A stretch of 64,000 nt of DNA from Elusimicrobiota bacterium. Its GTDB lineage: Bacteria > Elusimicrobiota > Elusimicrobia > FEN-1173. The DNA lies in NCBI GenBank assembly GCA_016714745.1, contig JADKCG010000015.1:5043-69042 (forward strand), given 5' to 3'. Made by a program: the position numbers and the translations under genes. The notes under the pieces were generated by a model. That model did no database searches. It saw nothing but the letters and a program-made list of their open reading frames with translations, and was not told the origin of the DNA. Position 1 is the stretch's first letter, and each line of letters starts with the position of its first letter. Positions 36,350-46,271 of the stretch are shown one piece after another.

Positions 36350-36796
36350 TCAAATTTTTAACTTAATGGGTTTTTGGCAAAAATCCCAGTAGGAACAATT
36401 CCGCTTGCACACGTTCGCCATGGCAAAAGCCATTCCCGCTTCGCAGACGCGGTAATCGTACGCCACTTTTCGAATCGCGTCCAAGACAGTGGGCGGAGTG
36501 TCAATAAAACTGATCCCGATATTGGTCCCGCTGGGATCGTCTTCAACCCACACCGCCTGCCCCAGTACCCGACATTTTTGGAGCAACCCGGGAAAATCAA
36601 TATCGATCCAAAATTTCTTCCCCTTGCCCACTTTCATATGAATCAAGGCGCTCATGCCCCCCTCGGACATATTGAAGATCAGTCCCGTTTGGGGCGGTTT
36701 GATACGCCCCGTAAAACCAATAGGGGAAAAGGTAACGCGGGATCCCTCTTTGGGACTGAACGGAACGCGGTATGTTTTTCGACGATCGATTTCCAT
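36350..36796 (-). CDS. PilZ domain protein with Cys-rich C-terminal tail
   Basis: c-di-GMP motifs RRKTYR (RRxxxR) and NMSEGG ((D/N)xSxxG). The tail is C-x11-C-x3-C-x5-C (CEAGMAFAMANVCKRNCSYWDFC). Confidence 0.8.
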   Translation of the reverse strand: MEIDRRKTYRVPFSPKEGSRVTFSPIGFTGRIKPPQTGLIFNMSEGGMSALIHMKVGKGKKFWIDIDFPGLLQKCRVLGQAVWVEDDPSGTNIGISFIDTPPTVLDAIRKVAYDYRVCEAGMAFAMANVCKRNCSYWDFCQKPIKLKI

Positions 36797-36861
36797 AGGA
36801 GATCACCTCTCTCCTATGTATACACCCAATTTGAGGAATCGTCCAGGGGAAAGCGGTGAAG

Positions 36862-38324
36862 TTAAATTCCGAGCTTTTCTTTTAGAAGTTGTTGGACCGT
36901 CTGCGGGTTGGCGCGGCCACCGGACTTTTTCATCACATGGCCCACCAAAGACCCAATGGCCCCGGCCTTTCCCCCCTTTATATCGGCCACCACTTTGGGA
37001 TTGGCGGCCAGAGCATCGTCCACCCAGCGGGCGATCTCGCCGGCATCTTCCACTTGAACGAGACCCTTGGCTTTCACAATACTTTCGGGGTCTCCCCCAT
37101 CGGTAAACATGTGGTCAAAAACCGCCTTGGCGGCCTTGCTGTTCACCACGCCTTTGAGGACCAAGCGAACCAAATCGGCCAAATGGACCGGCGAAATAGG
37201 AGATTCGTCCAAAGATTTCCGTTGGGTGTTCAATCGTCCCAGCAGTTCCGTCGTCAACCAGTTGCTGAGCGGTTTGGCGGCCGCCGGGCGATCGGCCCCA
37301 TCAAACCGCGCGAGCGCGGCCGCAAAAAAGTCCGCCAGTTTTTTTCGGCGGTCAACACGGCCGCGTCATAGGGGGAGAGACCCAACTCTGATTCATAGCG
37401 AACCCGCCGCGCTTCGGGCAATTCCGGGAGCGATTGTCGCAGGGTGTCCACATACTCTTTCGACAATTCCAGGGGAACCAAATCCGGATCAGGGAAATAG
37501 CGGTAGTCGTGAGCTTCTTCCTTGGACCGCATGGATTGCGTCGTGCCTTGATCCTGGCTCCACAACCGGGTTTCCTGCACCACCCGTCCGCCCCCCTCCA
37601 CCAACGCCGTTTGACGAGCGACTTCATGGGTGATCGCGTCCCGGACACTGCGCATGGAATTCATGTTTTTCACTTCCGCTCGGGTGCCCAAGGCCTCCTG
37701 CCCGACGGGCCGAATGGAGACGTTGGCATCGCACCGCATGGATCCTTTTTCCATATCGCAGTCGGACACCCCCACATAGCGGAGGATCGTGCGCAGGTTT
37801 TCCAAATAGGTGCTGGCCTCTTCGGCCGATCGAATATCCGGTTCTGAAACGATTTCCATGAGCGGAACACCCGTGCGATTGAGGTCCACCAGAGAATAAT
37901 CCAAGGCCCGGCTCCCCACCGCGTGCAACAGTTTTCCCGCGTCTTCTTCCAAATGGATCCGCTGAATGCGAACCGTTTTCTTTTTGCCGGGTTGGGGTTC
38001 GATGTCCAAATGACCGTGAATGGCCAGAGGAAGATCGGCTTGTGAAATTTGATAGTTTTTTGGAAGATCCGGATAGAAATATTGCTTACGGGCAAACACC
38101 GACCGTTCGTTGATGCGACACCCCAACGCCAACGCCGCCCGGACCAACCCTTCCACGGCCTGCCGGTTCAATACCGGAAGGACCCCGGGATACCCGCAAC
38201 ACACCGGGCATATTTGGGTATTGGCGTCTGCCCCGAACGCGGTCGGGCAGGAACAGAAAATTTTGCTGTCGGTTTTAAGCTGAACATGCACTTCAAGCCC
38301 AATCACCATCTCATACGTTGTCAC
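36862..38324 (-). pseudogene. gatB: Asp/Glu-tRNA amidotransferase subunit B (GatB), frame broken at a T7/A7 run
   Basis: ORF 37254-38324 is the GatB N-terminal and central part ([22 protein letters not shown]). ORF 36862-37257 is the YqeY-like tail. One extra A in the coding-strand run GAAAAAAAC (37339-37345) yields [43 protein letters not shown]. Confidence 0.9.
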
Positions 38325-38773
38325 GCGTCGACCCCTTTTGAGATCCGCTCTATAATTTGCACGTCAGAGGGATACGTCACCAAATTTTTCGCCTCCGCCA
38401 ACAGGCACCAGCGACTATCCAATACTTCGTCCGGGTCCCATTCCCCGATACGGTCCTCCGCTTCCATCCGATACCAGTGCACCGTTTTCAGCACGGGTTT
38501 TCCGTCGCGCGTCAACGGGTATTCCACATCCAAAAGGGGTCCCAAAATTTTGCACCGCCACCCCGTTTCTTCTTCCACTTCGCGGAGCGCGGCCATCTCC
38601 GTCGTTTCCCCTTTCTCCAAATGGCCTTTCGGAAAAGTCCACACCACTTGGCCCTGCAAATTCTTGACCTTGATCAACAAGAGACCGGCGTGTCCCATCA
38701 CCACCCCGCCCGCCGAAACCTCCCTTGCCGGCCGGGTCAAACGCCCGCCGGGGTCGGGGGCATTCGCCCCCAT
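38321..38773 (-). CDS. NUDIX hydrolase
   Basis: Nudix box [22 protein letters not shown]. The likely start is TTG at 38740, overlapping the gatA C-terminal-frame stop (TTGA). Its stop overlaps the gatB GTG (GTGA). Confidence 0.85.
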   Translation of the reverse strand: MGANAPDPGGRLTRPAREVSAGGVVMGHAGLLLIKVKNLQGQVVWTFPKGHLEKGETTEMAALREVEEETGWRCKILGPLLDVEYPLTRDGKPVLKTVHWYRMEAEDRIGEWDPDEVLDSRWCLLAEAKNLVTYPSDVQIIERISKGVDA

Positions 38774-40169
38774 GCGGTCGCTTTCTCGAAAGCGTTGGCG
38801 GACGCAAACAGAGTTTCTTCGCCGAACCCGAGGTAAACCCGCAGGGCAGTGAGATTCCTGGAAGGCCCGCCAAATTGCACGAAATGGTGAACACGTCGGA
38901 CAAATACATTTGAAGGGGATCGTCGGACTTTTCCCCTGCCTTAAAAGCCGCGGTGGGCGCCGTGGGCGTGGCGATCACGTCGACGGACTCGAACGCCCGG
39001 TCAAAATCCCGTTTGATGAGGGTGCGGACTTTTTGGGCTTTAAGATAGTACGCGTCGTAGTACCCCGAAGACAGCGCATAGGTTCCCAACATGATGCGGC
39101 GCTTCACTTCCGGGCCAAACCCCTCGTCCCGTGAAAATTCATACTGTTGAAGCAGATTTTCTGCCCGAGGAGACCGGTGCCCATAGCGAACCCCGTCAAA
39201 CCGGGCCAAATTCGCGCTGGCCTCGGACGGAGCGATCACGTAATACACGGATAAACCCGCGTCCGTGTGAGGAAGCGACACTTCCGAGACGATCGCTCCA
39301 AGAGACTCCAACGTGGCCACCGCTTGGCGAACCGATTTTTCCACTTGGGGGTCCATGCCTTCAATAAAGTATTCTTTCGGCAACCCGATTCGGAGGCCCT
39401 TCACCCCGCGCCCCAAAGCCGCTGAATAGTTCGGCACAGGGATATTGGCGGAGGTTGAATCTTTCGGGTCATGGCCCGCGATCGACTGAAGCAGAAGGGC
39501 CGCATCGGATACGTTTGTCGCAAAGGGCCCGATCTGGTCCAAAGAAGAAGCGAACGCGACCAAGCCGAAACGGGACACCCGGCCATAGGTGGGTTTTAAT
39601 CCCACCACCCCGCAAAGAGCCGCGGGTTGGCGGATGGACCCGCCCGTATCGGACCCCAACGCTAAGGGGGCCAACCGGGCCGCCACGGCCACCGCGCTTC
39701 CCCCCGACGATCCGCCCGGAATCCGGGAGAGGTCCCAAGGGTTTCGGGTCGTGAAAAAAGCCGAATTTTCCGTTGACGACCCCATGGCGAACTCGTCCAG
39801 GTTGGTCTTGCCCAGAAACACGGCGCCCGCCGACCGCAGTTGGGCGATCACCGTCGCGTCGTAGTTGGCGGTGAAATTTTCCAAAATTTTAGACGCGCAG
39901 GTGGTGCGCGTGCCCGTGACGCACATGTTGTCTTTGACAGCAATGGGCACGCCCGCCAAAGGGCCGGGATCTTTCCCCGCCGACACGAACAGATCCACCG
40001 CTTCGGCCTGGCGAAGCGCGGCGTCATCTGAAAAACTCAAAAAGGCTTTGAGGGATTTGTCTAAACGCTTCGCCCGTTCCAAAAACGAAACAGCGACCTC
40101 CCGGGCGGTCACCTCTTTGGCTTTGACCCGGCGGGCAATCTCGCTGGCGGAAAGGTCGTGAAGGCTCAT
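38737..40169 (-). pseudogene. gatA: Asp/Glu-tRNA amidotransferase subunit A (GatA) with an indel near the 3' end
   Basis: Amidase signature [16 protein letters not shown] at 40169 overlaps the gatC stop (ATGA). After ...[13 protein letters not shown] the conserved tail [19 protein letters not shown] continues in another frame and ends at 38737. The usual GLPxGxQxxG block is not found intact in any frame. Confidence 0.85.
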
Positions 40170-40453
40170 TCGATGACCTTCTTCACTTTGAAATAGACTT
40201 CTTCCCGGTCCGGCGCGTTGGCCAAAATGGAGGGCGTGTCGAGGAACGGAACAGCCACATCTTCCCGCCAAACGTTGGACAGGGGAATCACATGGGTCGT
40301 CGCAGGGATGTTTTGCGTATCGTATTTCGAGAGGATCTTGATGTGGTCCAAAATCCGTTCCAACTGGCCCAAATATTTGAACCGCTCGGCTTCCGTTAAC
40401 GCCAACCGCGCCAAGCGCGCCACATAGGTCACATCTTTTTCAGTGAGAGACAT
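40166..40453 (-). CDS. gatC: Asp/Glu-tRNA amidotransferase subunit C (GatC)
   Basis: [23 protein letters not shown]...[11 protein letters not shown]...REDV pattern. I place the start at the internal ATG. Confidence 0.9.
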   Translation of the reverse strand: MSLTEKDVTYVARLARLALTEAERFKYLGQLERILDHIKILSKYDTQNIPATTHVIPLSNVWREDVAVPFLDTPSILANAPDREEVYFKVKKVIE

Positions 40454-40503
40454 GGGGAGGATTTTATCAGATTCTTTAATCGGCGAGATGGCCAAGTGGA
40501 TAG

Positions 40504-40965
40504 TTATTTCTGCGCGGGCCCGTACTCCTCCACAATCTCCAAACGATCAACCCCAAACCTTTCGCACTCGGTTTGATATCGTTCTTCCATTTGACTGACC
40601 AAACGGAACTGTTCCTCCTGCGACATTTTCCCTAAAGCGTCGGGACCCCGTTCTTCCTCGATGTCGCGGACGGCCAGTCGGTTGACCAATTCTTCCCAAA
40701 AGGTTTCTTCGTCGTATTCGTCCAAGACGTCGTGTCCCTTCTCCTCCAACTTGCGGGACGGCATAAAGGCTTTCTCTTTTTCCGCGTAAACCACAAGGTC
40801 CCCGCACCCCGCCGCTTGGGCCTTCTTATAAATCTTTTGATCGAGGGAATACGGATTCGTTATCGAATCGGAAACCGTGTGGGCGTTCGTCACCCAATCC
40901 GCCAAATACATCGCCTCCACCAACTTTCGATACTCTGCTTCGGAAAACTCCAATTGAATCATCAC
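40504..40965 (-). CDS. acidic hypothetical protein (153 aa)
   Basis: Clean ORF with a coding-like composition. I recognise no motif. Confidence 0.6.
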   Translation of the reverse strand: MMIQLEFSEAEYRKLVEAMYLADWVTNAHTVSDSITNPYSLDQKIYKKAQAAGCGDLVVYAEKEKAFMPSRKLEEKGHDVLDEYDEETFWEELVNRLAVRDIEEERGPDALGKMSQEEQFRLVSQMEERYQTECERFGVDRLEIVEEYGPAQK

Positions 40966-40989
40966 GGCCTCCGTTTCTACGGTTTTCCC

Positions 40990-43071
40990 CTACTCGCCCA
41001 CCCGAACCGGGGGATTTGAGGGGTGAAGAAATTTCTCTATGTTCGGCGGAATTTGCAAGGCTCCCCCCGGCATAAATCCCGCGCCGGGGCGAACGGGCTT
41101 AAAAATATACTGTGGATCGAGGGAACAGGCCTTATCGTAGAATTCCTGGGATTTTTCCGGGAATCCGGATTCAATGTAGGCCACACTTAAATTGAAGTAG
41201 GCTTCAGAAAAACCAGGTTGGGCCGCGATCGCCCGCTCAAAATGAGCGATGGCCTGATCCTGTTTTTTCTCTGCCAGCAGGAGCAGGCCTCGATTGTTTT
41301 GAAGCTCCGGAAAGTCCGGATTACGAAGAGAGGCCTGATCGAAGCTCTGGAGCGCTTTTTGAAAATTTTTCTGCTCATACCAGATTCGCCCGATCAGAGT
41401 ATAGGCGAGGACAGAAGACGGATTCACCCCGATGGCGCGCTCCAGGGCAGTGAGCGCCTCTGGATATTTCTTGAGGTTCATATACGCTCGGCCGAGGTTG
41501 CAGTAGCTGATCTCCCTGGGCACCGCGTCGATTGATTTCTGGAAATACTCGATGCTTTTCTCCGTCTCCCATCGGCGGGCATAAATCAACCCAATATTGT
41601 TCAATGCCTCGGCGTAGTGGGGGTCACACTCCACCGCTTTGGCATAATAGGAGAGGGCCTTGTCATAGTCTTTATTCTCACTGTAAATATAACCCAGACT
41701 GTAGAAAGCGCGAGATTGTTTGGGGTATAGCCGGAGGACGTCTTCCCACAGTTTGACTGGATCGTTAAAAAGAAGGCCCCGGTTGTGGGCAAGCACTCCG
41801 AATATCGACACATGGACCACCAGGAGTCCCACGCACAAAACCTTCGTCCCTGACTGAAACGGTTTGGTCAAATCAACCCGAAAAACAGCACAGTAGGCCA
41901 AGACAAGGAGAAGCAACAGTCCGTATTGAGACACATACAGGCGGTTTTCCGCAAAAGCTGCCGTGGTGGGTAAAAAGGAAGACGAGGGCGCCAACTGTAG
42001 GATGAACCAAAAAGCGGAAAACAACACCAACCGGGACACCGCCGTCCCTCGACGAACAATGGTCCACGCCATCCCCGCCAACACCAATAGCCCCGCGGCC
42101 GACAGAAGAACGGCGGGTTCCCCCCATGATTCGTAACGCGCCGGCATGTGATCGAACGAAAGCCACGCAGGGAAAAAGACGCATTGAATATAGCGCAAAA
42201 CCGAAACCGTTTGCGTTACAAAATACGGCCAGCGTTCCCACGGGGATTGCGCCTCCAGGTCGCCAAAACTCCCGAAGTAGGCGATCCGCGCGATAACATA
42301 AAGCCCGAGGACGATCCAAAACGGAACATGCACGCGCGCCCGTGAACGAAAAGAGGCCCACTCCCCACGATGAACGACGACAAAATCCGCTAACAGCAAG
42401 ATTGCCGGGAGCACGGCAACAGACTGTTTCGAACCCAGTCCCAACACAAAAAGTGCCATCGCCCCCCCATATCTTCCCCAGGTGAGCGGGGCCGGCCCCA
42501 GAAAGAGTAAAAGCGCTCCCACGGAAGTCAGCGCGGCGAGGATATCCGATCGGTTAAACGAGTAGAGGGCCACAACGCTGTTGACCGGGTGCACCACAAA
42601 AAGGAGCGCGAGGAAGAAAGACAGAACCGCTTGATCTGTCCTGAACAACAGGAAAAACAAACGGCGAGTCAACAGAAACAGAAGAAACCCCACCGCCAGG
42701 TGACCGAAAAGGTTGACGACCCGATACCCAAAGGGATCGACCCTTCCGAAATAGTAGTTTAACGTGTAGGTGAAAAAGGTGACCGGCCGAGAAGGATTGT
42801 TTCGGACGAACGATTTATTTTGCGAATAGGGGTAGACGAGTTTGGAAAATATCTGGGAGAGACGTTCGATCCGAATATCGGGATTGTTTTGGATTTTATG
42901 GACATCATCAAGAACGAACGGCGCCCGGAGTGTCTGCCCATAAAGGAGGAATCCCACAACAACAAGCAACACGGCCGGCCATACCCCCCCTCGTCGGGGG
43001 AATCCCCCAACGGACGCCGTTTCCGCACCTTTCTCAGCCAGGGATTTCTTCTTTTTGTTCCGCCTGCCCAT
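40990..43071 (-). CDS. polytopic membrane protein with C-terminal TPR repeats (PMT/TMTC-like glycosyltransferase architecture)
   Basis: About 11 TM segments in the N-terminal roughly 400 aa, then repeated TPR units (AFYSLGYIYSENKDYDKALSYYAKAVECDPHYAEA...). Confidence 0.75.
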   Translation of the reverse strand: MGRRNKKKKSLAEKGAETASVGGFPRRGGVWPAVLLVVVGFLLYGQTLRAPFVLDDVHKIQNNPDIRIERLSQIFSKLVYPYSQNKSFVRNNPSRPVTFFTYTLNYYFGRVDPFGYRVVNLFGHLAVGFLLFLLTRRLFFLLFRTDQAVLSFFLALLFVVHPVNSVVALYSFNRSDILAALTSVGALLLFLGPAPLTWGRYGGAMALFVLGLGSKQSVAVLPAILLLADFVVVHRGEWASFRSRARVHVPFWIVLGLYVIARIAYFGSFGDLEAQSPWERWPYFVTQTVSVLRYIQCVFFPAWLSFDHMPARYESWGEPAVLLSAAGLLVLAGMAWTIVRRGTAVSRLVLFSAFWFILQLAPSSSFLPTTAAFAENRLYVSQYGLLLLLVLAYCAVFRVDLTKPFQSGTKVLCVGLLVVHVSIFGVLAHNRGLLFNDPVKLWEDVLRLYPKQSRAFYSLGYIYSENKDYDKALSYYAKAVECDPHYAEALNNIGLIYARRWETEKSIEYFQKSIDAVPREISYCNLGRAYMNLKKYPEALTALERAIGVNPSSVLAYTLIGRIWYEQKNFQKALQSFDQASLRNPDFPELQNNRGLLLLAEKKQDQAIAHFERAIAAQPGFSEAYFNLSVAYIESGFPEKSQEFYDKACSLDPQYIFKPVRPGAGFMPGGALQIPPNIEKFLHPSNPPVRVGE

Positions 43072-43130
43072 GAAACCACCTCCCTCCTTTTTGCGGTTAG
43101 GATCCCTCGATGGAAACGGGGATCCCCATT

Positions 43131-45386
43131 CTAAACGACGGGTTCAAAGTTGGCGTAACGGGCTAAAATTTGTTTTCGGGCGCCGGAGTCGAAGAGCACG
43201 GTGACTTTGACGTTTTCCCCGGCGCCGGACTTGTCCAAAATTTTACCTTCGCCAAAAATGGGGTGTCGAACCCGTTGACCCATCCGCAGAGGGTGGGCGC
43301 CCGAGACATTCGCTGGGGTTGCAACAGAAGATTCCTCATCAGGATCGAAAGAACCGATCGGTGCACGAGCGCCGGCCCCCCCTCCCGCAGGGGAAAAAAC
43401 GTTCGGCTCTCGACCCCAGGGCGTTGCGGGAGGGGGCGGGGGGCGGTGGATCGGCGCTTCGATAAGCCCCGCCTCTGTCACGAATCGGGACGGGACGTTC
43501 CAATGGGACCGGCCATAAATCCGACGGGAGGACGCGGCGGTCAACATCAAATGTTCCCGGGCCCGGGTGATGGCCACATACGCCAATCGGCGTTCCTCTT
43601 CCAATTCTTTTTCGTCAAAAGCCGACTCGCCAATAGGGAAAAGGCCCTCTTCCAACCCCGTCACGTAGACAATGGGAAACTCCAGTCCCTTGGCCAAATG
43701 GACCGTCATCAAGGTCACAGACCCGCCGTCTTCTTTAAGAACGTCCAACCCCGATGCCAGGGACACTTTTTCAAGAAATGTCCCCACCGTTTTATCTTCA
43801 GATGATTCTTCAAATTCTTTTGACGCGTTCACCAGTTCCTGAAGGTTGTCCAACCGGTGGGCAGCTTCGGGGTCCGACCCCGCTTGTTCCTCCCAAAACG
43901 CCCAATACCCAGCCGACTCTAAAACGGTTTGTACCATGACAGACGCCGTGGCCGTTGGCACGGCGGACCGAAGGGCCTTTATGATGTCTAAGAACTTATT
44001 TAAATTGCCCCGGGCCCCGGCCGACGTCTCGGGGTTCTGGGCCATGTCAATGGCGGCTTGATAAAAAGTCACCCCCCGGGCCGCGGCGTCCATATCCAAG
44101 GCCTGGATCGTGGTTTTCCCGATGCCCCGCGTGGGCACATTGATGATGCGCTTGACCGCCACCGAATCAGCAGGGTTCACCGCCACACGAAGATACGCCA
44201 AGACGTCCTTCACTTCCATCCGCTCGTAGAACCGAACACTTCCTACCAGCGTGTAGGGAATATTTTCCCGACGAAACGCATCCTCCAACACCCGAGATTG
44301 GGCGTTGGTGCGATAGAACACCGCAATATCCGACCGCCGCCGCCCCTCCGCCAAAAACCGAGCCGATTCCCGCGCAATGAATGCCGCTTCTTGAAGTTCG
44401 TCGGCAAATTCCTGAAATCGAACGGGCTGTCCGTCTCCCTTTTCCGTCCACAACTTTTTGTCTTTTCGATATTTATTCTTAGAGATGACGTTGTGCGCGG
44501 CGGTCAGGATGGGCTGGGTGGACCGATAGTTCTGTTCAAGTTTGACGACTTTGGCCCCGGAATAGTCCCGTTCATATTCCAAAATGTTGCGGACATCCGC
44601 GCCGCGAAAAGAATAAATCGATTGGTCGTCATCTCCGACGACGCACAGGTTTTTTGGCGGAGCCACCAGATTTTTCGCCAGCAGGTATTGAGCATGGTTG
44701 GTGTCTTGATATTCGTCCACCATCACATGACGGAACCGGGCCTGATATTTGGCCCGCAGAGGTTGCAAGTCGCGAAGAGCGGTGGTCGTTCGCATGATCA
44801 GATCGCCGAAATCCAGGGCGTTCGCTTTGTTCATTTTCTTCTGGTAATGGCTGTAGAGGGTGGCCACCATCTGACGGAAGGGGTCGTTTTGAGCCATGGC
44901 GTGGATCGCATAGGAATCGGCGTCCAACAAATCGTCTTTGGCCCGCGAAATCACGTTCAGAACCTGATTGGGCTTGTATTTCTTCTCGTCCAGCTTCAAT
45001 TCCCTCAAAACTTCTTTCAAGACCTGAGTTTGGTCGCCATCGTCATAGATGACGTAGTGGGGATCCAACCCCACGGCCCGGGCCTCCACCCGCAGGAATT
45101 GAGCGCAAAAGGAATGGAACGTGGAAATCCACACCCCCCGCCCGGTTCCCCCCACCAGATCGTCCACCCGATGGCGCATTTCCGCCGCGGCCTTGTTGGT
45201 AAAAGTGACAGCCAAAATGTTCCAAGCCGGCACCCCCTCCGACAACAAATGGGCAATGCGGAAGGTAATAACACGTGTTTTTCCCGACCCTGCCCCCGCC
45301 AAGATCAAAAGGGGACCTTCCCCATGGGTCACCGCTTCCCGTTGGGGAGGATTCAGTGTGGCAAGGAGTTGGGAGTCGAGGGCCAT
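43131..45386 (-). CDS. UvrD/PcrA-family ATP-dependent DNA helicase
   Basis: LNPPQREAV, AGAGSGKT, VDEYQDTN, TFHSF, VTLMTVHLAKGLEF, YVAITRA. I use the start at MALDSQLL. The 630-nt upstream extension in the ORF track covers non-coding repeats. Confidence 0.95.
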   Translation of the reverse strand: MALDSQLLATLNPPQREAVTHGEGPLLILAGAGSGKTRVITFRIAHLLSEGVPAWNILAVTFTNKAAAEMRHRVDDLVGGTGRGVWISTFHSFCAQFLRVEARAVGLDPHYVIYDDGDQTQVLKEVLRELKLDEKKYKPNQVLNVISRAKDDLLDADSYAIHAMAQNDPFRQMVATLYSHYQKKMNKANALDFGDLIMRTTTALRDLQPLRAKYQARFRHVMVDEYQDTNHAQYLLAKNLVAPPKNLCVVGDDDQSIYSFRGADVRNILEYERDYSGAKVVKLEQNYRSTQPILTAAHNVISKNKYRKDKKLWTEKGDGQPVRFQEFADELQEAAFIARESARFLAEGRRRSDIAVFYRTNAQSRVLEDAFRRENIPYTLVGSVRFYERMEVKDVLAYLRVAVNPADSVAVKRIINVPTRGIGKTTIQALDMDAAARGVTFYQAAIDMAQNPETSAGARGNLNKFLDIIKALRSAVPTATASVMVQTVLESAGYWAFWEEQAGSDPEAAHRLDNLQELVNASKEFEESSEDKTVGTFLEKVSLASGLDVLKEDGGSVTLMTVHLAKGLEFPIVYVTGLEEGLFPIGESAFDEKELEEERRLAYVAITRAREHLMLTAASSRRIYGRSHWNVPSRFVTEAGLIEAPIHRPPPPPATPWGREPNVFSPAGGGAGARAPIGSFDPDEESSVATPANVSGAHPLRMGQRVRHPIFGEGKILDKSGAGENVKVTVLFDSGARKQILARYANFEPVV

Positions 45387-45497
45387 GGGAGAGAAAGAGA
45401 TTATACCAGAGATGGACGATCGGGACCCGCAGAAACTTTTTTTTAATTTAGTTCTTGACCAGGCACATAGTATCCCCCTGAGGCGATTTTCCTGTAT

Positions 45498-45926
45498 ATC
45501 AAAGGGCTCTTCCGGGTTTCGTGTACAGGTTTTTTTGATTTTTTTGACTCGCGCCTCCCCTTGAGGCGATGTGAGCACGACGTTTTGACGGTTGCGGTGC
45601 GGCCCGTTGTGCCGGCGATAGGCCGTTGAGCCGAGCCGGTCTCGTTTTGGCGGCGAAGCCGACAGAGACCGGTCCCGAAGGGACATTTGAGGGCCGCCCG
45701 TCAAAACGGCGCGCGGAAGCCGACGGGGCACGTTTTCTTTCCCCCCTTTCTTTTGCGTGTCCAAAAGAAAGGGGGCCGGGTCCAGGGCGGAGCGCCTGGC
45801 CAGGGGTTCAGGGGGTGGAACCCCCTGGACTGATCGTGAGGTGGCCAGGACAGGTTTCCAAGAACGCCTGATCGACGACAGACATTCAATTTTTCGTACA
45901 CGAAACCCAGAAGACCCTATCAAAGG
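45498..45926. mobile_element. MITE-like non-coding element with 23-24 bp terminal inverted repeats and a flanking ATCAAAGG duplication
   Basis: The left arm AGGGCTCTTCCGGGTTTCGTGTAC (45503-45526) and the right arm GTACACGAAACCCAGAAGACCCT (45896-45918) match at 22 of 24 positions. ATCAAAGG occurs at 45498-45505 and 45919-45926. The interior has strong hairpins, e.g. a 14-bp stem at 45742-45775. Confidence 0.55.
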
Positions 45927-46271
45927 AGACCTATAAGGGCCTCCGGGAGATACTCTGGAAATGTAGAGGATCAATCCCGGGACCAATGCGACATTCTGTC
46001 CGCGCTCAGTTTTCACCCCTGGGGATGGAAGAAAGGTCCGTCTCTCCGTTTTACAAACTGAGCTCGCTGATTAATATCCGGAGTCTGCGGCTGGGTGTTG
46101 ATGGTGGCTGGGAGGGCTGGCAACGCGTGCGGCATTGGAATCGAGAGCAGTCTGAGATTGAGGAGAGGAATTGGCGGCCATGGGCGTTGAGACAAGGATA
46201 AAAAACGGACATAGCGTCCGATCGTGTAGGATGGTGTTTGCGAGAACACAATCTACAACGAGGAGAACGCT

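Noticed and set aside
45387-46016. 210-aa N-terminal extension of the helicase ORF in the ORF track
   Set aside because: The helicase motifs start right after the internal ATG at 45386 (MALDSQLLATLNPPQREAV). The extension translates the inverted-repeat/hairpin element and looks non-protein-like.
45400-46270. RNase P RNA, tmRNA, 6S RNA or a group II intron in the 880-nt non-coding gap
   Set aside because: I could not find the universal motifs on either strand: GAGGAAAGTCCGGGC and ACAGAACCCGGCTTA for RNase P, a tag ORF and tRNA-like ends for tmRNA, or a domain V consensus for group II introns. The terminal-inverted-repeat architecture fits a MITE-like element better.
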